Assembly (NCBI GenBank): GCA_963737515.1 | Contig: CAVTSV010000002.1 | Location: forward strand, 41,816-105,815 | Source of the DNA: an uncultured Actinomycetes bacterium | Lineage (GTDB): Bacteria; Actinomycetota; Thermoleophilia; Gaiellales; Gaiellaceae | Direction of reading: 5' to 3' | Length of the DNA: 64,000 nt | Translations under genes and position numbers: made by a program | The notes under the pieces: generated by a model | Told to the model about the DNA's origin: nothing | The model's database searches: none | What the model saw: the letters and a program-made list of their open reading frames with translations, nothing else | In this document: one piece after another, positions 9,564-16,444 of the stretch | How the letters are laid out: every line of letters starts with the position of its first letter | Numbering within the stretch: the stretch's first letter is position 1

Positions 9564-9605
9564 AGCGGATGATGGGATTCGAACCCACGACCTTCTGCAT
9601 GGCAA
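9564..9605 (-). repeat. tRNA-Gly 3'-half copy A (42 nt, exact)
   Basis: + strand AGCGGATGATGGGATTCGAACCCACGACCTTCTGCATGGCAA is identical to 15626..15667. No matching 5' half or anticodon stem upstream, so it is not a gene. Confidence 0.9.
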
Positions 9606-9795
9606 CGCGACCCTGCACACTGACCGTGCCGCCGCCAGAGTTGCCCGGGGGGCTTCCGGCCGAACCCGGCTTGTAACCGCCATTGCAATCGGCGACGGGA
9701 GGTGATTCACTCCCTCAGCGGTGGTTCGTGGGGTGCGATGCAGCCTCGCTTGACGAACAGGCCGCCCACAGACCCACTACGGAGGTGACGTTTCA

Positions 9796-10347
9796 GTGAA
9801 GGGCATTAAGCATCCGGCGACGATGATCGCCGCGCTCGCTTTGTTTCTCGCACTTGGAGGCGGTGCGGCGGCTTATGCGAGCGGACTCATACCGGGCTCG
9901 CAGATCAGCAACAACTCGATCGCGGCGAAGATGCTCACGAAGTCGGCGATCTCTGCTCTGAAGGCGCACTCCGAACAGGCCGGGCCGACTACATCGTGGG
10001 ATTCGACCCCCCCGTGCGCCGCTCGTGCATGTGCGTATGTCCTTCCAGGCACAAGCCCTACGCTCGACCCGGCTCGAACGAAGAACTTCAAAGCCGTCAT
10101 CAACAATGGCACCGGCATCTACTGCTTGACACCATCCTGGCCGCTGACGGAAGCAGGGAGCACACCCATCGTCACCGTCGAATGGGGCGAGTCGAGCGGC
10201 AGCAACCTGTCGGCGTACTGGAGAGAGCACCCCCTCGGGAACTCTTGCCCCAAAACGACGCAGTTCGAAGTGCAGACGTACACCTTCACAGCCGGCGGCA
10301 ACAACACGTTGTCCAACAACGTCGCCTTCACCATCGTCGTTCCGTAG
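9796..10347 (+). CDS. Secreted hypothetical protein (183 aa, signal peptide)
   Basis: GTG start preceded by GGAGGTG. MKGIKHPATMIAALALFLALGGGAAAYASG..., several Cys. Lies between tRNA fragments A and B. Confidence 0.6.
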   Translation: MKGIKHPATMIAALALFLALGGGAAAYASGLIPGSQISNNSIAAKMLTKSAISALKAHSEQAGPTTSWDSTPPCAARACAYVLPGTSPTLDPARTKNFKAVINNGTGIYCLTPSWPLTEAGSTPIVTVEWGESSGSNLSAYWREHPLGNSCPKTTQFEVQTYTFTAGGNNTLSNNVAFTIVVP

Positions 10348-10400
10348 GCGGGAGTCTCGCGATCTCCAGCATCGGGGCCTGCTGATAGCGGGCCTTGATG

Positions 10401-10468
10401 ACCCGCCGTTTCCAGCGGGTTCTCGAAGCGGATGATGGGATTCGAACCCACGACCTTCTGCATGGCAA
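10401..10468 (-). repeat. tRNA-Gly 3'-half copy B (42 nt exact, 10427..10468) plus a copy of the tRNA-downstream hairpin (10401..10426)
   Basis: Same 42-mer as 15626..15667, and shares 8 further nt (CGCGACCC) with copy A. Preceded on + by ACCCGCCGTTTCCAGCGGGTTCTCGA, identical to 15600..15625. Confidence 0.9.
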
Positions 10469-10608
10469 CGCGACCCAGAACGTCACTCAGTTCCGTCTCG
10501 CTCCGCCTCCTGCAAGCGTGAAGCCGAAAACGCGGTAGCTGGGGTTGCACGAGGCGGCAGGAGAAGGAATCGCCCGGAAGAGCCGGTCCACGGGCCGAGC
10601 GTCGAGCG

Positions 10609-10989
10609 TCATCGCGCTACGACAAGGACGATCGACGTGACGACGAGGCCGGCGATGAGGACCGCGAGCCAGAACAGCCGGTAGGTGCGCAGCGGCAGGC
10701 GCGACACAGCCGGTTCCTCGAAGACGGGTACGAGAAGAGGCCGGCGATGAGGACCGCGAGCCAGAGCCGCCGGTAGGTGCGCAGCGGCAGGCGCGACACA
10801 GGCGGTTCCTCGAAAGACGGCTGCTTCCGCCGGCTCGACCTGCGGTAGCGGCGGCAGGCTGGTGACCTCGTCGCCGGTCACACCGGGGCAGTACTCGCAG
10901 AAGCGCGGCGTCCCGTCCGGTGCGGCGTAAGGGCCTCCGCAGATGAAGCAGTGCGGTGCCGTCGCGGGGGTCGGTCTCTTATCCGCCAT
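10609..10989 (-). CDS. Zinc-ribbon protein with C-terminal TM helix; contains an internal out-of-frame tandem duplication
   Basis: MADKRPTPATAPHCFICGGPYAAPDGTPRFCEYCPG...VSRLPLRTYRLFWLAVLIAGLVVTSIVLVVAR. Confidence 0.5.
   Translation of the reverse strand: MADKRPTPATAPHCFICGGPYAAPDGTPRFCEYCPGVTGDEVTSLPPLPQVEPAEAAVFRGTACVAPAAAHLPAALARGPHRRPLLVPVFEEPAVSRLPLRTYRLFWLAVLIAGLVVTSIVLVVAR
10645..10820. repeat. Imperfect tandem duplication (83 nt and 84 nt copies, offset 92-93 nt)
   Basis: 10645..10727 versus 10737..10820: 3 substitutions and 1 single-nt indel by my alignment. Confidence 0.85.
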
Positions 10990-11222
10990 CCTCGCCGCCT
11001 CGACGGCGCCATCTGCGCCGCAAACCGCTCATCCACGATGAGTATCAGGATCGCAGCGGGCCTCCGCGTCCCCCTTCAGAGGATCACTTCGCGTCTGCGA
11101 ACGCCTCGAACGGAGCGTCACGTTCCGCTCGCTCGAGCCGCCTACCCCACGGGGCCGCCGGCGGAGGCGGATGCGCCGATGGCGCTGCCGCGTGGTACCG
11201 CGTAAGCTCACGAGGGTTAGCC

Positions 11223-11570
11223 ATGGCTGAGTGCCCGAGTTGTAGCGCGCGGATTCAGGATGAGTTCCGGTTCTGCCCCGGCTGCGGGCGGCGCCTGCGA
11301 ATGAAGGTGGTCGAGTACTTTCGCGGTGATCACCGACTGGACGACGGTGGCCTCCGGGTTTCGGTGTACTTCGCTGAGCCGCAAAACGTACGGCTAAGCA
11401 TCTGGCGAAGCGAGGAGGCACAGGCAGCCCTTTCGCTTGACCCGACCGAGGCTGCGCGGTTGGCGCAATTCCTTAGTGCGATGGTCGCTCGGCCTCGCGC
11501 GTCGTCGTTCGTGGGTTCGTTGCGGGCGGCAGCTCGTGACGTTCGGGAGCGCCTCGTCGCGTCTTGGTAA
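11223..11570 (+). CDS. Zinc-ribbon domain protein (115 aa)
   Basis: In-frame ATG 11223 within ORF 10956..11570: MAECPSCSARIQDEFRFCPGCGRRLRMKVVEYFRGDHRLDDGG.... Lower GC. Divergent from 10609..10989. Confidence 0.55.
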   Translation: MAECPSCSARIQDEFRFCPGCGRRLRMKVVEYFRGDHRLDDGGLRVSVYFAEPQNVRLSIWRSEEAQAALSLDPTEAARLAQFLSAMVARPRASSFVGSLRAAARDVRERLVASW

Positions 11571-11652
11571 CCCTGACGGAAACCGCGACTCGTGTGGGAC
11601 TCGCGTAGCCTCCGCCGCAAACAACAACCCCGCCTTAGCGGGTGCTTTCGAG

Positions 11653-11685
11653 AGCGGATGATGGGATTCGAACCCACGACCTTCT
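11653..11685 (-). repeat. tRNA-Gly 3' copy C (33 nt, exact) followed by a different hairpin
   Basis: AGCGGATGATGGGATTCGAACCCACGACCTTCT equals 15626..15658. On the minus strand it is followed by CCCGCTAAGGCGGGG plus a T-rich run. Confidence 0.85.
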
Positions 11686-11752
11686 CGACGGCGCTGACGG
11701 CCCCGCCGCCGCGGCGTTGGCCCCTCTCACCGCCGCGAACCCTACAAAGAAC

Positions 11753-11780
11753 GAGCGGGCCACGTTTCCGTGGCCCGCTC
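11753..11780 (-). terminator. Perfect 12-bp hairpin downstream of beta-helix pseudogene b
   Basis: GAGCGGGCCACG-TTTC-CGTGGCCCGCTC, followed on the minus strand by GTTCTTTGTAGG. Identical hairpin at 28434..28461. Confidence 0.6.
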
Positions 11781-11808
11781 GAGGTTTGGGTCGAGAGTCA
11801 GCTTCGGC

Positions 11809-13341
11809 TCAGCTGCATCCGGAGATGAGCACGCAGTCGACTTCCCCGTTCGTCCCATTGCCCTTGTTGCCGCTGCCGGCGACCGGGTCGTCGATAGCTG
11901 AGGAACCCGACCTCGCCGTTGTAGATCGAGGTGTTGTTCATGAAGGCCAGCGGCTGGCTGTCGGAGCCGGTCGCGTCGAAGGCGAACCCGTTGCCGCTGT
12001 TCCCCTGCGCGAGGTTGCCGCTGATCGTCGTCCGCCACGGCTGGGTGAAGAAGAAGCCCTCACCATTGTTCTGGTAGGCCACGTTATTCGAGAACGTGCC
12101 GCCGACCATGTACGTGGTGTAGAAGCCGGCCCAGTCGCCCGAGCAATCGATGCCGCCGCCGTTCGCGGTCGCATGGTTGCCCGTGACCATGCTGTACGGC
12201 GGGCCCGGCACGCTTTCGGTGTACGCCTCCAGGATCACGAATCCCGAGCCGCAGCCTTCCCGCGCGTAGTTGTTCGTCATCGTCACCGGCCCGTAGCCGT
12301 TCGGGTCGATCTGGTAGCTCCACGGGTCGGCCGAGTCGCCGCCGCTCGTGAGGACGTTGCCGGTGTACGAGTTGTTGAACGACTCGTAGTCGTTGATCGC
12401 CCTCGACCACGGTGTTGCGGACATAGTTGCCGGAGATGACATCCGCCGAGTCGTAGTGGTGGAAGACGATCCCCGTATACATGTTGTCCACGGCCGAGCT
12501 GCCGATCACGTTGTTCTGGATCCAAAGACCGGCATTGTGATCGTCGGCGTTGATGCCGTACTTCAGGCTGAACATCGTGTTGCCACTGATCACCGTGCCA
12601 GCGCGCGTGGTCGGCCCGCACGCCGCCGCCGTAGTAGACGATGGGGTCGGGGGGCGCGTCGGGGGTGACGCCGGAGATCACGAGGGCTTCGGGGCCGGTG
12701 GCGCTGTCGGAGATCGTGTTGCCGGTGACCGCGTTGTTCGTGCCGCCCTGGTCATAGACGCCGTACTCGCCGTAGTACTCATAGGAGCCGTTACGGCCCA
12801 GCGTGATCGTGCTCTTGCTCACGAGGTCGTTGATCGTCTCGTCGAGGTAGACCCCGTACGTGAAGCCGCTGATCGTGGCTCCCGTGACCGTGTTGGCGTA
12901 CCCCTCAATGTCGTAGACGCCGGCGTAGTCGTGGCTCTCCCCGTCGCCGGTGATCGTCGTGCCGTTGATCGTATCTCCGCCGACCTCGTCGAGGCCGACG
13001 CCGTCCGCGTCCCCAGAGGTCACGAGGGTCCCGCCGTTGATGATCGTCGTCCCCGGCCCGTGGACGTAGATCACGTCGTGGTCGCTGTGGGCCGTGATCG
13101 TGTTCTTGCCCAGATTGAGCGTGACCGTCTTGCCGGCAGCCGGCTCGACCACCAGCGCGATGCCGGAATAGCCTGTGCAGTCCAGGTTGCCGATCAGCGT
13201 GTACGTGGCCGAACCCGACGGCTCAATGGTGTTGCCGCACGAGAACGGCGGATTCGCCGCCGACGCGGACCCGATGATTGCGAGCACCACGCCAACCGAG
13301 GCCACGGCGATCGCGAGATGGACATACCTCCGTACAGACAT
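11809..13341 (-). pseudogene. Secreted right-handed parallel-beta-helix (PbH1/NosD-like) protein, copy b, disrupted by three frameshifts
   Basis: ATG 13341 with AAGGAGAGG RBS. MSVRRYVHLAIAVASVGVVLAIIGSASAANPPFSCGNTIE.... The reading continues in ORFs 12084..12593 and 11798..12442, then in a fourth frame ending DDPVAGSGNKGNGTNGEVDCVLISGCS* (stop at 11809..11811). Confidence 0.8.
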
Positions 13342-13423
13342 TGCACCCCTCTCCTTTTTCCGAACTTTTCGCGTAGCCCACTGGCCCCTCTGCGCATAAG
13401 GGGCAACCGGAGCCACCGCCGTG

Positions 13424-13452
13424 ACATTAGCGCAGAAACCAGACAGAGACAA
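13424..13452 (-). promoter_or_regulatory. Sigma-70-type promoter candidate for beta-helix copy b
   Basis: Minus strand: TTGTCT (13447..13452), 17 nt spacer, TAATGT (13424..13429). Same architecture and spacing at 30049..30077. Confidence 0.5.
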
Positions 13453-13611
13453 CGTATCGCCCGGTACGGAAGGCCCGAGCGCGGCAGCCAAGCACAAACG
13501 CGCGAAAGTCACTCCCTCGAACGAGGGAACGAACAACCCGCCGCAACGAGAGACGACGCCTTACCCCACTTGGCAGAAGTCCTTTCCGCGCGTCAATACG
13601 CCTGAGAGCAG

Positions 13612-13665
13612 AAAAACCTGCCGTTTCCAGCGGGTTCTCGAAGAGGATCTATTCGAGCGGGTGAC
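13612..13665 (-). repeat. Degenerate tRNA-Gly 3' end plus hairpin remnant D
   Basis: Minus strand GCTCGAATAGATCCTCTTCGAGAACCCGCTGGAAACGGCAGGTTTTTC, compared with the intact locus GGTTCGAATCCCATCATCCGCTTCGAGAACCCGCTGGAAACGGCGGGTTTTTG. Confidence 0.6.
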
Positions 13666-14476
13666 CGGTTATATGCTCGTAGTCGCTCGCCACCAGCGAC
13701 ATCGGTCGACGCGAGAGCCTTTGCCTCATGCGCAGCGCGTTGGCGACGAGTGGAAAACGTCGCGCCTCCCGCTTCGAGCGTGTTAGCAGATGGAGGTTCA
13801 GGCCGCTGGAAGCGACATGGACGTGGAGGTCGCTCGCCAGTCGTACGAGTGCTCCCCGCGAGAACAAGGAAACGTGCTGCCCGCCTTCGAGCGCGTAGTA
13901 CCACCACTCCCCCGGCTTCGGCGCAGGCTCCGGCAGGAGGGAGGTGCTGAACAGGACGTTGTCGCTGTACGAGAGCATTCGCCGGACATCCTCGAGCGGG
14001 CGAGGCAGATGTTCCAAGACCTCGAAGGCCGTCACCAGTTCGAATCGTCCGCTCGGCTGTTCAAACCCACGAGCGAAGAGATTTTCGCAGAACGGGTCGT
14101 AACAGAAGAACTCGAAGCCTCGGTCGCGCATGAGGCGCACGAACAATCCGAAGCCGCCGCCGTAGTCGAGGAATCTTCCACCAGGGTCGAACAGCCATCG
14201 GATCGCCGTTGCCGTGCTCGTGGCCAAGTGGATGTTCCGGCTCACGTACCCGACGTCTGACGCGCCTATGGGCTGCTCGTAGGCGGCGTCGAGCCAGTAT
14301 GGATTCTCCGTCTGAACGAAGCCGCATGCGGGGCAGTGGAAGTAGCGGACGTCGTATCGACCGAGAAGCGTTGCCCGACTGAAGGGCTCCGAGGCCGAAC
14401 CGCAGATCCGGCACTCCTCCGCGGATTGGCGATCAGCCGAGGCCACAGTCAGCCGCTGCCGCTGTTCCCGATGCAT
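13649..14476 (-). CDS. Class I SAM-dependent methyltransferase with N-terminal zinc-ribbon (CxxC...CxxC)
   Basis: CRICGSASEPF...YFHCPACGF...FLDYGGGFGLFVRLMRDRGFEFFCYDP...VTAFEVLEHLP. Lower GC. The start may be an internal GTG. Confidence 0.8.
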   Translation of the reverse strand: MHREQRQRLTVASADRQSAEECRICGSASEPFSRATLLGRYDVRYFHCPACGFVQTENPYWLDAAYEQPIGASDVGYVSRNIHLATSTATAIRWLFDPGGRFLDYGGGFGLFVRLMRDRGFEFFCYDPFCENLFARGFEQPSGRFELVTAFEVLEHLPRPLEDVRRMLSYSDNVLFSTSLLPEPAPKPGEWWYYALEGGQHVSLFSRGALVRLASDLHVHVASSGLNLHLLTRSKREARRFPLVANALRMRQRLSRRPMSLVASDYEHITGHPLE

Positions 14477-14756
14477 ACGCGACCATGAGCCGGTCCATCG
14501 GACGGCTCCGCCTCCAGACGGCGCGAAGCTCCCGCCAGTCTGCGCGACAGCGCGGCCGGGGTGGAAGCTCCCGGACGACGAGCGGGAGGACGAGGACGAA
14601 GATGAGAGGGAGCGCGATTCGCTTGTCGAGGCCCTCGATCCGGAACGTGTCCTGGATGCCCGTGAGTCCGCGAAGGAGCCAGGTCGCGGCGACCGCGACG
14701 ACGACGATCGCGGTCAGGATCGAGCGGAAGTAACGGCGGCGCGGATCCGCGGTCAC
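14433..14756 (-). CDS. Hypothetical two-TM membrane protein
   Basis: MTADPRRRYFRSILTAIVVVAVAATWLLRGL...IALPLIFVLVLPLVV. GC3-rich in the first two thirds. Overlaps the methyltransferase start. Confidence 0.4.
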   Translation of the reverse strand: MTADPRRRYFRSILTAIVVVAVAATWLLRGLTGIQDTFRIEGLDKRIALPLIFVLVLPLVVRELPPRPRCRADWRELRAVWRRSRPMDRLMVAYASGTAAAADCGLG

Positions 14757-14864
14757 CCTGGAGACGACGAGAATCGCGGCGATTGCCGCCGCGGAGACGG
14801 ACGCGCACGTCGAGCTTTCGCGTAGCCGCTTTCTCGGCCAAGCGAGCGGCCCCGTCGTTCAGGT

Positions 14865-15494
14865 TCACCTGCTCGATCTCTCGCTCGTCTGCGTGGCCTT
14901 GACGCCGTCGAGGGCGAGCGAGCTGGTGAGGGAAATCCTCGTATCGACGTAGATCCCGCCCGAGACGTACGCGGCACCTGCGTGCTCCACGCGTCCCTGG
15001 ACCGAGATGCGCTGCCACCTCCCCGTGAGGATTCGCGTGGTCGTTCCGATCACAACCACGTTTTTCGAGTGCGGTCTTCTCGCATAAAGCTGCGCGATCA
15101 CCTCGCTGCCACGGTTTCCCCGCACCCACCCGCTGAGCGAGAAGATGGTGTGAACAGCGGGTGCCGCGAAGATCTCCACCCTCGCGCCGTACGGCCTTAA
15201 CGACGTGGGCCGTGCGAGCAGGGCGGTCTTGCCGAAGCGATGGGGCTTCTTCGTCCACACGATCGCGGCGTGCGCCGTGGGCTGCCAGGGCGACGTGCCC
15301 GCCGTGAAACTTCCGTTGGGGAGCAGGTTCGACTTGCCCCCAAACTGATGGGCCAGCCCGTTCGAAAGCACCTCGCCGACCGTCACCGCCGGCTGACTTC
15401 CCCCGACCGCCGCGCCGTTCAGCCCCGAAGTGCACCCGCTCATGCTCGCCACTGCGATGGCAAGCAAGCCCCACCGCCAGGCCCTTGGACTCAC
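14865..15494 (-). CDS. Lipoprotein with carbohydrate-binding-module-like (jelly-roll) domain
   Basis: In-frame GTG 15494 gives VSPRAWRWGLLAIAVASMSGC (lipobox), then NLLPNGSFTAGTSPWQP...SLSGWVRG. The ORF-track start at 15662 merely translates the tRNA gene. Confidence 0.6.
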   Translation of the reverse strand: MSPRAWRWGLLAIAVASMSGCTSGLNGAAVGGSQPAVTVGEVLSNGLAHQFGGKSNLLPNGSFTAGTSPWQPTAHAAIVWTKKPHRFGKTALLARPTSLRPYGARVEIFAAPAVHTIFSLSGWVRGNRGSEVIAQLYARRPHSKNVVVIGTTTRILTGRWQRISVQGRVEHAGAAYVSGGIYVDTRISLTSSLALDGVKATQTSERSSR

Positions 15495-15593
15495 CAGCGC
15501 GATGATAGCCGCGCTGCTTCCGGACCCGCCGAAAACGCTTGCAAGAGCGCTTGCAGAACGCCCCGAACAGGCACCCTCAGCGTCGGAGGGCAA

Positions 15594-15619
15594 ACAAAAA
15601 CCCGCCGTTTCCAGCGGGT
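15594..15619 (-). terminator. Rho-independent terminator after tRNA-Gly
   Basis: Minus strand CCCGCTG-GAAA-CGGCGGG followed by TTTTTGTTTG. Confidence 0.75.
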
Positions 15620-15625
15620 TCTCGA

Positions 15626-15699
15626 AGCGGATGATGGGATTCGAACCCACGACCTTCTGCATGGCAAGCAGACGCTCTAGCCAACTGAGCTACATCCGC
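15626..15699 (-). tRNA. tRNA-Gly (anticodon GCC)
   Basis: Minus strand GCGGATGTAGCTCAGTTGGCTAGAGCGTCTGCTTGCCATGCAGAAGGTCGTGGGTTCGAATCCCATCATCCGCT. Cloverleaf arms pair, the anticodon loop is TTGCCAT, and CCA is not encoded. Confidence 0.95.
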
Positions 15700-15713
15700 G
15701 TGGGAGGGGAAGT

Positions 15714-16133
15714 CTAGCCGAGGTCGGCGGCCGGGTCGGCGGCGTCCAACGCCTCGTTCACGAGCCGGTCGGCGAGCTTGTTCTGCTCCCGCCGCACGGC
15801 CGTGTAGTTCACCTTGCCGACGCTCCGCGCGTGCCGCGCGGCCTCGAGCGAGAGCTGCCGGAGCGCCTCGTTCTTGACGCGATAGACACCGCTCATCTGC
15901 TTCACGAGGAGCTCGGAGTCGGAGACGACCTCGACCTCCGGAACCTGCAGCTCCGCCGCCTTCGCGAGCCCGGCGACGAGCGCCCGGTACTCGGCAACGT
16001 TGTTCGTCGCGACGCCGATCGCCTCGCCGTGCGCGGCGAGCACCGTGCCGTCCTCGGCCTCGAGGACGTACGCGAACGCCGCAGGGCCGGGATTGCCACG
16101 CGAGCCGCCATCGGTGAAGAGCCGCGCCTTCAC
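15714..16133 (-). CDS. Ribonuclease H (RNase HI family)
   Basis: In-frame GTG 16133: VKARLFTDGGSRGNPGPAAFAYVLEAEDG...NNVAEYRALVAGL...VSDSELLVKQM. Confidence 0.85.
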   Translation of the reverse strand: MKARLFTDGGSRGNPGPAAFAYVLEAEDGTVLAAHGEAIGVATNNVAEYRALVAGLAKAAELQVPEVEVVSDSELLVKQMSGVYRVKNEALRQLSLEAARHARSVGKVNYTAVRREQNKLADRLVNEALDAADPAADLG

Positions 16134-16444
16134 GTCCCAAGGAGCTCGTAGACGTCGAAGGCCGGCTCCTCGTACGGATGCGCGCCGCGCAGCGCCGCCA
16201 GCACTGCGTCTTGCCGTTCCGCGGGAAAGACGGTCTCGAGACGCAGCTCCGCGGTGCGCTCCTCCCGTCCCGGCTGACCGACGCTCGGGGACGTGCCCTC
16301 GCCGCCGAGGAACGTCCCTGTCCCCTCCGTGTAGAACGAACACCGCTCGTACTTGCCGATCCGGCCCGCACCCGCGGCGAAGAGCGCGTCCCTGACCGCG
16401 TCGAGCGCCTCGCGCGGGACGAACACGACGAGCTTGCGGTTCAT
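16130..16444 (-). CDS. Nif3/YqfO C-terminal-like small protein (104 aa)
   Basis: MNRKLVVFVPREALDAVRDALFAAGAGRIGKYERCSFYTEGTGTF...AHPYEEPAFDVYEL. 4-nt overlap with the RNase H start. Confidence 0.6.
   Translation of the reverse strand: MNRKLVVFVPREALDAVRDALFAAGAGRIGKYERCSFYTEGTGTFLGGEGTSPSVGQPGREERTAELRLETVFPAERQDAVLAALRGAHPYEEPAFDVYELLGT

Larger units (their letters stand above)
11686..13455. repeat. Copy 1 of a ~1.7 kb dispersed repeat (partner at 28370..30080)
   Basis: Colinear, highly similar sequence from the terminator hairpin through the beta-helix gene to about 110 nt upstream of its ATG. Confidence 0.85.
9564..15699 (-). mobile_element. Array of four small islets downstream of tRNA-Gly, bounded by tRNA-Gly 3'-half repeats (att-like); no recombinase gene present
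   Basis: See the repeat features at 9564, 10401, 11653 and 13612, and the intact tRNA at 15626..15699. Islet genes have visibly lower GC than the flanks. Confidence 0.55.

Noticed and set aside
9564-11685. tRNA-Gly fragments A, B and C as additional functional tRNA genes
   Set aside because: Upstream sequences cannot form the anticodon stem, D-arm or acceptor 5' strand. Identity to the real gene stops inside the anticodon loop (A and B) or in the variable region (C).
13421-13786. ORF 13421..13786 (+) in the gap between the beta-helix promoter and the methyltransferase
   Set aside because: It spans the promoter/leader region and the att remnant and runs antisense into the methyltransferase. 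It has no motifs and poor coding composition.
14865-15662. ORFs beginning MQKVVGSNPIIRFENPLETAG (also 10119..10550) and MGSNPIIRS (11330..11677)
   Set aside because: These N-termini are simply translations of the tRNA-Gly 3' half and its hairpin. The real lipoprotein start is GTG 15494, and the other two ORFs are not supported as genes.
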